Source: Azolla caroliniana (lineage: Eukaryota > Plantae > Polypodiophyta). Taken from it: 12,003 nucleotides of DNA. Below are positions 1-9,070 of this stretch, piece by piece. The position numbers were made by a program, and so were the translations under genes. Numbering within the stretch: the first letter of the stretch is position 1; every line of letters starts with the position of its first letter. A model generated the notes under the pieces. The model saw only the letters and a program-made list of their open reading frames with translations, made no database searches and was not told the DNA's origin. The stretch covers positions 1 through 12,003 of the forward strand of contig JBHGNT010001108.1 in assembly GCA_043228905.1 (NCBI GenBank). The letters are read 5' to 3'.

Positions 1-329
1 AACCCAATGCTCTCAAATCTTGCGTGTGAGGAATTACATGCGTGCAATTTATTATACAATTAGTGTTATGACCTTGGCTTTGCTCATTGTTTGTGATTGG
101 GGGTAGGGATAACGAGGGCATCTGGGGGAATAACAGAAATACATTTGGAGTCCTTCATCTAAAACATTTGCCCTATTAATGCATGGTATGGATAGGAGGA
201 GTTGTGTGAGAAATAACCAAAAACACATTTTTTTGAGTTCTTTAGACAAAACAGTTGACCATTTACACGAGGAAGGGAGAATATGCGCAGTAAGTGCATT
301 GGGGGGAAATAAAGAAAGCACTTATGGTG

Positions 330-534
330 CGTTCTTCTTCACGTGTGAACAACAAAAGGTCACCTCGTGGCTACGAGTAGGATCCTGCGAATCTTTGACA
401 AAACGACAATATAATCTGATAGATTCGGGAAACGAGAAGTACATATGTTTTCAGGCGTTTTTTGTTCCATCCCTTCGAGTTTCCCATAAAAAATATCCTC
501 CATTGGTATTAAAATTAAAGGAAACTATATAAAT
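330..534 (+). promoter_or_regulatory. Candidate promoter region (CpG-retaining patch, G-box, TATA-like box)
   Basis: 10 CpG dinucleotides in 330..477 within a generally CpG-poor window, CACGTG at 340..345 and TATATAAAT at 526..534. Short motifs only, no transcript evidence. Confidence 0.25.
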
Positions 535-578
535 ATGTTGTGTTGCATCAATTCGAAACTAATTGCTTGTCTTATGGC

Positions 579-1010
579 AAAGACTTGTTAAGCTTCAAGC
601 ATACTTCTCAATAAGGCAGTTGTTTGTGTGACCTCCATGTATTACGAGGACATTTGAACATGGAAGTTGTTCCCTCTCTGTATATCTCCCATGTTGCCAC
701 ATGCTTTCAACATACCAGAAAATGTCATCATATTAGGTAAGAGGCCTTGCACCAGCATTTGAAGATAGAGTTGTGTAGCATCCTCATTCTTATCATGCTC
801 AGTATAGCCCAATAACATGACAGTCCCTTGTACCACATCTCCAACCAACAATAATCCATCAGAAGGTTCTCGGGCTTCAATTATTGTTGGTTTTCACATG
901 TCAATGGGAATTTCGATGGATCCCTGGCCCATTGGGGCCTCGCATATCACTGCGATGATGAACACGTTTCTGAAGGGGAAATTGCGAGAACATTTCCTGC
1001 ATTCTTGTGA
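579..1010 (-). pseudogene. Degenerate PLS-class PPR gene fragment (L-S-P-L-partial S)
   Basis: ORF 642..851(-) holds a P motif (VVQGTVMLLGYTEHDKNEDATQLYLQMLVQGLLPN) and an L motif (MMTFSGMLKACGNMGDIQRGNNFHVQM). The same frame upstream reads IDM*KPTIIEAREPSDGLL (S-like) and downstream reads *YMEVTQTTALLRSMLEA*QVF (S-like). Frameshifted pieces SQECRKCSRN and QKRVHH..RNS resemble an L motif. It has several stops and frameshifts; the boundaries are approximate. Confidence 0.85.
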
Positions 1011-1112
1011 CATTAGCATTCTCATTGCTCATGTTGGGGTAGCAGGGGCATTCGGGTAAATAACAAAAAAAGTGGTTTTTCACAGATAGCATTCACCCTC
1101 CTCCCCCTGTTC

Positions 1113-3197
1113 ATGAAGCAAAGGAAGAAGAGGAGCTGTCTTTTGATACTACATCCTGATACTGTATGCATGCTCCCTCTGCCATTGATTCATGATTGCC
1201 TCTGGTATATCCTGCAAACTCCAAGGAAGGAGAAGAAAATCCAAGAAGCATTATCCTTTTTTTTGCATAGATATGGATTTGATCCAAAGAAAGCCTCATT
1301 TTTCAACAAGAGCCACCAGAAAGAATCCTACATCTCGTTATTAGAATCTTGCAGGAATCTACGAGATCTAATAAAGGGTGAAAATCTACACTCCGAGATT
1401 TCTAGAGAGAATTCGTCACTTTTACAAGATGTGGTTGTCGCTAATATGTTGGTTGGACTGTATGCCAACTGTGGTTATCTCGAGAGATCAGAAAATGTGT
1501 TTGAAAATCTCACTCTCAGGGATGTCATCATATGGACGACATTTATGGGAGCATTGAGCAAACAGGGATTCTGCAAAAAGACTCTTCATTGTTTCGATCA
1601 TATGCAAATTGAGGGCATATCACCCGATTCTGTGACTTTTGTTTGCATCTTGAAAGCTTGTGCAAACATAGGAGATATAGAGAAAGGTCAGAGCATGTAC
1701 AGTGAGATAGTTAAGAAGGGTTTTGATGAAGATGTTGTGGTTACTACCTCGTTGGTTGATATGTATGCTAAATGCAGTTTGTTGACAACTGCAAATGATG
1801 TTTTCTATAGAATCCCGACACGGAATATTGTGTCTTGGAATGCATTAATGGCAGGGCATGTTGAGCATGGTAATAGCGAAGAGACACTTCTTTGCTTTCG
1901 ATACATGCAAGAAGAGGATCTTGCTCCCAATGATGCATCTTATGTATGTGTCTTGAAATCTTGTTGTATCATGAAGGATATGGACTTTGGCAGAGGACTA
2001 CATTTAGAGATTGTCAAAAAAGGGTTGGAGAGAGAGATTTTTGTTCATAACACCTTGATTGATATGTATGCTAAATTTGGCTTGTTTGTTGATGCCATTG
2101 GAGTATTTGATAAGCTACCTCTTGTTCGAGATGAGATTTCGTGGAATGCACTACTTTCTGGCTATGTTGAACATGGACATAGTAAACAAGCACTAGATTG
2201 CTTTGAAGAGATGAGAAGGGAAGGGTTCTCTAGTCCACATCTGCTCATGTATGTTTGCAGTATGAAAGCGTGTGCCAACATAGGACAGATTGAAAGAGGT
2301 AAACTATTACATTCTGAGATCACAAAGAAAGGCTGGGGAGAAGATGTTACTGTTTGCAATACATTGATAGATACATATGCAGAATATAACTTACTCATGG
2401 AAGCTCAATTTTTGTTTGATACCCTCCCCATTAAGACTCCAGTATCATGGAATTCACTAATTGCTGGATATGTAAAGAATGGATATAATGAGAACGCGCT
2501 AGATCTCTTTTATGATATGGCTGTGGTCGCAGATGCTACAACTATCGTTTGCACGCTGAAAGCTTGTGGTAGTGAGGGTTTCATATACAAGGGCCTAGAC
2601 ATACATATTCAGCTGGTAAAGCAAGGTATAGATAAGGATATATTCGTTGGCAACACTTTGGTAGATACATATGCCAAATGTGGCATGTTGGCAGAGGCAC
2701 AAGAAGTTTTCAAAACAATTTTGTGCCCAGACATGATCTCGTGGAATGCACTTATCACTGGGTATGCTCAAATAGGTGAATATGGACAAGTCTTTATTAC
2801 TGTTGGTAGAATGTTAGAAGGAAATGCAACACCTGATTCTCTCACATTTGTGAGTATTCTAAATGCATGTTGCCATGCAGGGCTATTGATAGATCATGGG
2901 ATCGTATGTTTTGTGGCAATGAGAGAACAATATGATATTGTTCCTACAGTAGAGCATCATAGTTGTATGGTTAATCTTCTGAGCCGAGCCGGACATATAG
3001 ATAAGGCCATAAGATTTATCGAAGATATGCCCTGTCATCCGGGAATGGTAGTATGGAATACCATGCTTGGTGCTTGCCGGAAATGGGGTAGTTTCGATAC
3101 CGGCATGGAGATCTTTCAACATGTGATTCAATTAGACAGAAATGATGATGCGGCATATTTTTTAATTTTAAACATTTATGCAGATGTTAGGCTGTGA
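1113..3197 (+). CDS. PLS-class pentatricopeptide repeat protein, E subgroup (17 PPR motifs + E1 + truncated E2, no DYW); putative organellar RNA-editing specificity factor
   Basis: Uninterrupted 694-aa ORF. From aa70 (nt 1320) it parses as L-S-(P-L-S)x4-P2-L2-S2, e.g. P IVSWNALMAGHVEHG, L SVTFVCILKACANIG, S IFVGNTLVDTYAKCG, L2 SLTFVSILNACCHAGL, S2 VEHHSCMVNLLSRAG. E1 MVVWNTMLGACRKWG starts at nt 3045, followed by 16 aa of E2 (DAAYFLILNIYADVRL). No PG box, HxE or CxxC deaminase motif. The true start is uncertain. Confidence 0.95.
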   Translation: MKQRKKRSCLLILHPDTVCMLPLPLIHDCLWYILQTPRKEKKIQEALSFFLHRYGFDPKKASFFNKSHQKESYISLLESCRNLRDLIKGENLHSEISRENSSLLQDVVVANMLVGLYANCGYLERSENVFENLTLRDVIIWTTFMGALSKQGFCKKTLHCFDHMQIEGISPDSVTFVCILKACANIGDIEKGQSMYSEIVKKGFDEDVVVTTSLVDMYAKCSLLTTANDVFYRIPTRNIVSWNALMAGHVEHGNSEETLLCFRYMQEEDLAPNDASYVCVLKSCCIMKDMDFGRGLHLEIVKKGLEREIFVHNTLIDMYAKFGLFVDAIGVFDKLPLVRDEISWNALLSGYVEHGHSKQALDCFEEMRREGFSSPHLLMYVCSMKACANIGQIERGKLLHSEITKKGWGEDVTVCNTLIDTYAEYNLLMEAQFLFDTLPIKTPVSWNSLIAGYVKNGYNENALDLFYDMAVVADATTIVCTLKACGSEGFIYKGLDIHIQLVKQGIDKDIFVGNTLVDTYAKCGMLAEAQEVFKTILCPDMISWNALITGYAQIGEYGQVFITVGRMLEGNATPDSLTFVSILNACCHAGLLIDHGIVCFVAMREQYDIVPTVEHHSCMVNLLSRAGHIDKAIRFIEDMPCHPGMVVWNTMLGACRKWGSFDTGMEIFQHVIQLDRNDDAAYFLILNIYADVRL

Positions 3198-3529
3198 AAT
3201 CATAAGCTTGAGAAAACAAAGATGATGTGCTCTATAATCTCTTGACAAAATGAAAAGGTGACTGGTTTGTTGAGAGCTTAAACAACAACATTGAATGATA
3301 GTATTGCCTTTCCAAAATCGTATGATCACGTTTGTACCATAACAATTTCTGGATTTTAATGTTAAGCATAATCGGAAAATCCATTATGAACAGGGTGAGG
3401 ATGAATTAAGAAAGATAAATGCCACTGAATTGTTGACCAGCCATGCCTTAAAGCAAAAATCTTAACCCAAAATTCTCATATATTCTTTGCTTCCTCAATG
3501 GGATGCCCATGCGATGTGTCTATGTGACC

Positions 3530-4010
3530 AAGGGCCGTGTGGTGCTTCAACTTTCAAGTCACTCCAGGCCCCGATATAAGTTGGATGTCAGTTATGTAAG
3601 AGGAACTAGGACTCCAAACCAAGGTGGGAGAGATGGCAATTGTACGAGAGGAACCAATACCCCATAGCATGTTGGGCAAAGCCAAGCTATCCCACTCGGA
3701 GAAAGCCAGTCTCGGGTACAAGTTCCAAATGAAATATGTGATGAATGTATGTGGAGAGGGCACCAAGAGTCGACCATCAATTTAAATCAATATGGATAGC
3801 TAAAGGAAATTCCGGGCCAAAAGAGGGCAATTAAAATGAAAGAGTAGAGGACCTCCTAAATAAGCCCAAGAAATAAGGGAAGGTATAAACTCTGAAGTTA
3901 AAGAGTAATAAGAGTGGAAAGCATTTGATGATGGATAAATACAACATCAAAAGATACTGCCACTGAAAGGGAAGTCAATGCTATGGAAATAACCACAATA
4001 AGATTTCGTA
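3530..4010 (+). mobile_element. Possible decayed LTR-retrotransposon gag C-terminal remnant
   Basis: A stop-interrupted frame reads ...VRGTRTPNQGGRDGN...ICDECMWRGHQESTI (C-x2-C-x4-H at 3737..3763, last Cys of a CCHC knuckle missing), and later, in the same frame, EVNAMEITT at 3971, resembling the gag/protease junction. Purine-rich plus strand. No LTR, PBS or pol seen. Confidence 0.3.
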
Positions 4011-4293
4011 GGACCGATGTGTCACAATGTGTAGGGACAAATTAAAACAATGGATCACAAGTTTGGAGCTTTATAAGATAGATATATCAATTGACAATCT
4101 ACAGCAAAGAATCAACAACCAGTTGATAGTTGTGATGTAGTGGGCAACATGGCCATAATTACACCTTGTTGTCAACACAGCCATAGCGACGTGTGTATGC
4201 ACAAAGTGGGTATGCCAAATGCACGTCTTAATCATGGTCTGCGTTATGCCTCTTCATGAAGGTTGTGTACAGGGTTGGATTGACTTTTACTCT

Positions 4294-4348
4294 ATTGTTA
4301 GTAACATTGGTAGGAACTATTGCTAATTGTTCCTATGATTCTAACAAT
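4294..4348. repeat. Imperfect inverted repeat (hairpin)
   Basis: ATTGTTAG 4294..4301 pairs with CTAACAAT 4341..4348, and TAGGAAC 4311..4317 pairs with GTTCCTA 4329..4335, around a short central loop. Confidence 0.7.
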
Positions 4349-4553
4349 CACGTTAAGCACACAGACCAAATCTAATACCCTCTCTTACTATGGATGGTTA
4401 TTTAGCTTGAAGACCACTTAATCTAAACATTTTAAAACACTTAATACATGTTTGAAAGAGCACAAAGAGAATTACTATGCATCCACTACTTATAATAATC
4501 GCACTTAATACATGTGATTATAAAGCTTATAGTAATACACATAGTGTTAATCT

Positions 4554-4571
4554 TGTGTGTGTGTGTGTGTG
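4554..4571. repeat. (TG)9 microsatellite
   Basis: Perfect TG dinucleotide run read directly from the sequence. Confidence 0.95.
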
Positions 4572-4744
4572 CGTTGCCACGTTGGGTCAACATGATGATC
4601 TAATGATCTCCTTCGCAACAGATTGTTGCATGTGATTGGGTGGACATGCACCCTTTTCGAGGGCAGAGCAGGCAAAAAGTGGGTGTAAACCACTCTTGAG
4701 CAAATCAAATGAATACAAACATCAATATTCCAATACCCTCCTTG

Positions 4745-5015
4745 ATGTCGTGCAAGATCCATTGCACATTGTACAAGGTAGCTAGAATTCCTACTTGACC
4801 ACTTTTGATTTTATGTTAGCCTCATGAAGCCTTTCTGGGGACTCTCTCATCCTCTCCACCTTCATACCTCTATTTGACTTCGATGCCAATTTTTTGACAA
4901 ATCATGAAATTAGCAACACCTTAAATAATCTCAAAACCACGACGCGAATGTGACTTTAATCCCCAAAGACGACACTTCGTCTATTTCTAGCCAACCTCCA
5001 ATTCATCGATGACCT
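4745..5015 (+). mobile_element. Possible heavily deleted LINE ORF2 remnant
   Basis: Short motifs across frames in the order expected for L1-type ORF2: CRARSIAH (4746), LTNHEISNTLNNLK (4894..4935), NVTLIPK (4947..4967) and NLQFIDD (4993..5013, FADD-like). Spacing is far shorter than in an intact ORF2, so large deletions must be assumed. Confidence 0.35.
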
Positions 5016-6959
5016 TCCAATAAAAATAATTGAAGCTCACCGTGCCATAGTCACCACATGCAACAGATTGACATAGCATCTTTTGAGGCCTTCTTTGCAT
5101 CTCACAAGAAATACAACCATGTTTCAAGCAACGAATCATGCCATTTTCCAACCTCAAATATCACCATGAAGATGATGTGATGGTGCATCTCATAACCTTC
5201 CTCATGACCTAATTAAATGAATCATGTCTCTAAGCATCTATCTCGGTCCCATTGACATGGAATACTCCTATATTGCCAAAATTTAGCTTACAATTGGACA
5301 ATTGAGATGCTAGCTAGCTAGGGGCATTGTCCCTCAAACTATTTCCACACCTTGTATGGAATAGACATGGATTGCATGTGAACCTTCTAGTGGCGCAGTT
5401 TCTTGAAGGAAACTAACTCGTTTACGGGGCATATCAACGAATGCCGCCCGATAAAGGCTTATTATAGTTCTCCATTACATGTCTGAAGTTTGTGGCATTC
5501 AATTTCTTACCTAAGCTTGAAAGTTGGTCTACCTTTCTCTCTACTTTTTTCCATCTATTATCTTCAGCACCATAACAATTTCTATTGTTCTCTTCTCCCT
5601 CGTATCATGTAAAGAGAGAAGAAGTTGAGGACCAGTTACCTGAAGCCGAGTATGCTACCAATCTTATATCATAAAACATCATGCTCTCAATCTATGAAGT
5701 TGGGTTCTACAAAGAAGTAGGAATCCTGGGATGACAAGTAGATCAATACTTTTTGTATGCTTTCAGATTGGAGAGTAGATCTCACAGACCGAAATTTCTC
5801 GCATCAACATACCCTTACAGGTAGCTCACTCCAGAGGTTTGTTTTTCAACCTGTTCCATGATCTTCTCTGATCATGTCATTTATATGTGGCTGTTTCATC
5901 AGACAAAAGAGAACTTTAGACAGAGTTTATAATTAAGTATTATGTTTTCTACATTTACCCAGGTCAATAAAACGACTTTATAACTCTTTTTTGAATCTAG
6001 TGACTATGAAACTGAGACAGCTGGCAAGTGCATTGGGTTACCCAAATCTCTCTATAATTTCAATTCCACATGACCTGTTATAATACCTATACTGAAAAGA
6101 AACTGTCAACCGACTCAATAGAAGTGATGCCGTCTTGATATTTAGTTGAATTCAGAGAGAAGCATTCTCTTCTTTCTCGCAATCTTTTGGTGTTAGCAGC
6201 TTTGTAACAATATTATGAGCCCACTTGATAGCTTTAGATAAATTGGATGTAATTTCTAAGTTGGTTAAATGTTGTTTTGTTTCGCCATATGAAGTGGAGT
6301 GGTTAATGTTTGCACACTTCATTTGCAATGATCGGTGATCGAGTCAGACTCAATAGTGTATGTTATCTATTGTGTTGGTTCATGTGACTTGCAACTAAAG
6401 AAACTCATTTGATCTTGATTCTCCCGGGCACAAAACGGCATTAATTTGAACTTACGCTACTTATTCTTGCATATTTTGGCACTTCATGTAGGGTTTTGGC
6501 AAGGGGGCGGGGATGTGAGCTCATTACTTTATTGAGAATGAATGACAAATTAACCTTTCCAATCTGTAGTATATTCAATCTTTTGCATTTCGCATTGGTT
6601 TGTCAGTGCAGTGCCTTGTATTCTAATTATCTAATTTCTTCAGCATAGAATTAGATGTTCTTGTTTGAGTGTATTGAATCGATTCCCATAATAATTATGA
6701 CTAGATGATTCTCAACTCAACTCCATGAAGGTCATGCTCAACCCTTCTTTTCCGTCAACTCATTTTATCATGCTCATGCACCATCGACATATTGAAGCTA
6801 AGATGTTGTGATCTGAGTTGGGCTTCATCAACACCTCCATTGTGATCCTTGACTCCTACACCCAAACACCCCCTCTTCCAAATGTCATTCGAGCTATTCT
6901 CCATACCCTACACCTTCCACACTTCTAAACATCTAACCTACAAGCACTAAACCTTGCAA

Positions 6960-7135
6960 GCATGTGCGTATATGCACATACAATCCTACACACATTTACA
7001 TGTGCATAAAAGAACACACGCACATTTACACATACAAAACACACACTCAAGATAGCCAATTTTACACATAAACTTACAACTCCACGCTCAAACACACCAA
7101 TGCCCATATATGCACATACATTCACACACATTAGC
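6960..7135. repeat. Degenerate CA/TA-rich low-complexity tract
   Basis: Decayed (CA)n-like sequence with internal repeats TATATGCACATACA (6969..6982, 7107..7120) and CACATTTACA (6991..7000, 7021..7030). Confidence 0.7.
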
Positions 7136-7718
7136 CAATGCCATATTTCATTATTTAAAGGAAGTAAGTTGGGCTTATTAGAATCTATATTGTAAAGCAA
7201 TGAACCCTTCGAAGATCATCATTACTATTATTTGGAGCAAAGAAGTAAACATTAACATACTCTTGATGAATAAAACTTTTCATGTTGGTGATTGTGATAA
7301 TTTATCTCGCCGCATTATGCTACATAATCCAATCAAAACAATATTGAGCGAGGAGCAATTCCATATATGATCTACATCGTACACCTTCAAAACATTAGAG
7401 AATAAGAATTCGTTGAACAAGATAAAAACACACACATCCTTGATTAATATGGAGTCGTTTCATTTTTATAACTTTTTGCAATAGATGAACTTGCTAGAAG
7501 GTATGCTGAAAGAGTGTTTCATTTATTTGCCCAATTTGTTACACATCTAATGCCATTTCAAGTATTGAACAGAAATAATATTCCAAAAAGAAGGTTTTAT
7601 AAAAGCACATTTTACAACAAAAGCATTCCACCACATCTTCGAGAACACTTTAACATACGAAAAGTATTGTCATTTTAGAAAGGATAATTAGTTGATATAT
7701 CTATGCAAAGAGTACTAA

Positions 7719-7793
7719 AAATGGCAAGATAATCTAAACTACATGAAGATCTTACTTTAAATGCCAATATAATCCAAACTTCATGAAGATCTT
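7719..7793. repeat. Two-copy tandem duplication, 40-bp period
   Basis: AAATGGCAAGATAATCTAAACTACATGAAGATCTT (7719..7753) versus AAATGCCAATATAATCCAAACTTCATGAAGATCTT (7759..7793): 31/35 identical. Confidence 0.9.
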
Positions 7794-8311
7794 CAAATTT
7801 GTCTTGTATGTCTATGAGACAATCGTTATAGATAACTTAAATAGTTGTGCACAAAAATATACTAAAAATTAAAGAATGTAACTTTTTCTCTCATGTGTGT
7901 TATGAATAGTTGTTTTGAAAACGATAGTGTTATATATTCTATAGGGAACATTGTGTACTTGTGTTTTAATTGAAAAAAGAAGAAGCTTTTGTGTGGCATC
8001 TACCTAAACTTGGATGACATTTGCATTACATGATATGAGGTCATTTAATATATTCAAAAAACCATTTTATGCAAGGGATCTTGATGGTATATAGAAAAAG
8101 TAAAAGTGTAATTTGCATAGGTTAGTATGTCATAGAACAAAAGTGCTTGGAACGCTACACACGAAAGTATATGGAAAGGATAGTGCGCAACATACACTAC
8201 ATAAGCAATAACCAATAAATTCCACTTGATTCGATTGTTGCCCATTGACATATAGAATGGGGGTAATAGTGGTGTATCCTATGATGGTGCCAATCAATGA
8301 GTGGCCTCGCC

Positions 8312-8900
8312 TTTTTCTTTTTCTTTTTTCAAAAAAAAGATTCACCTTGTTATCAATGGAAAGATGCCCAAAGGCTACAAAGAACTCATACATTAAAACA
8401 TAACCATTGTACCCTCATCAACCAACGTGTCGAATAACAAAAGCCCTCACACATCAACCTTACCAACTACATTTATACATAAAAAATCGGGGTCCTTCCA
8501 AGAAAGGGGGGTGGAAAAAGCCAACTTGGTGGAGCATATCTCCACTTTATTCTCTCCCCATAAGTGGTGAAGACCTTTGCCTTTGTCCACATTTCTCTTG
8601 CGAAACACAACATTAGGCTCACTAGTTATTGCCTCATATTAACCTCTTAGAGTATGAAAAAGCATCTACCATATATCCTTGACTAACTCAATCGCATTTT
8701 GTTTGATTTTTTGAAACACACATTTACATATTGCCCTTCACAATACCCGAACTACTAAAGAAGATATCGTAGACCAAACATTGTCCTCTACCAAACAACA
8801 GATGGCTACAGTAGTATAAGAGACATCCAATACTTGTCTTCCATCAGAGACGAGAAGAAAATGAATACATCCCTTTCCATATTATGTATTTCTTCACCTT
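8312..8900 (-). mobile_element. 5'-truncated non-LTR retrotransposon (L1-like LINE) 3' end, copy B
   Basis: Minus-strand translation ...EDNVWSTISSLVVRVL*RAICKCVFQKIKQNAIELVKDIW*MLFHTLRG*YEAITSEPNVVFRKR, then a frameshift to MWTKAKVFTTYGERIKWRYAPPSWLFPPP with stop at 8475..8473. A 3' UTR follows, ending in T8 and an A-rich tail (GAAAAAAGAAAAAGAAAAA, 8330..8312). It aligns by eye with copy A. The 5' boundary is approximate and no TSD was found. Confidence 0.8.
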
Positions 8901-9070
8901 TATATTCAAATTATTGTAATATATTGAAGTCAAAGAAGATACATATGGATAATGGAAAGACATCAAAACTATCTAGAGGCAAAATGCAAAGACATTGGCA
9001 AACCAAAACAAGAGGGCGACAAGTAGAGAGATAATGAGACAACACATTTCTTCCGTGTTTTTTGTGTTTT

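Noticed and set aside
52-532. ORFs 52..321(-) and 179..532(+); KELKKMCFWLFL faintly resembles the LINE zf-RVT region
   Set aside because: No further collinear motifs or Cys/His ligands; neither ORF resembles a protein I recognise.
1111-3131. Antisense ORFs 1111..1299, 2162..2398, 2595..2789 and 2883..3131
   Set aside because: Shadows of the PPR coding strand with no independent coding signal.
4438-4515. 14-bp direct repeat CACTTAATACATGT (4438..4451, 4502..4515)
   Set aside because: Only two full copies in AT-rich DNA; no array or CRISPR-like regularity, and the context is eukaryotic.
4547-4762. Minus ORF with HQGG/IGIL resembling the LINE GGLG motif
   Set aside because: Needs a frameshift, ends in the microsatellite and conflicts in orientation with the adjacent plus-strand LINE-like motifs.
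5310-5321. (CTAG)3 palindrome
   Set aside because: Trivial tetranucleotide repeat.
6925-7200. 91-aa Val/Cys-rich minus ORF
   Set aside because: Translation artefact of the CA-rich low-complexity tract.
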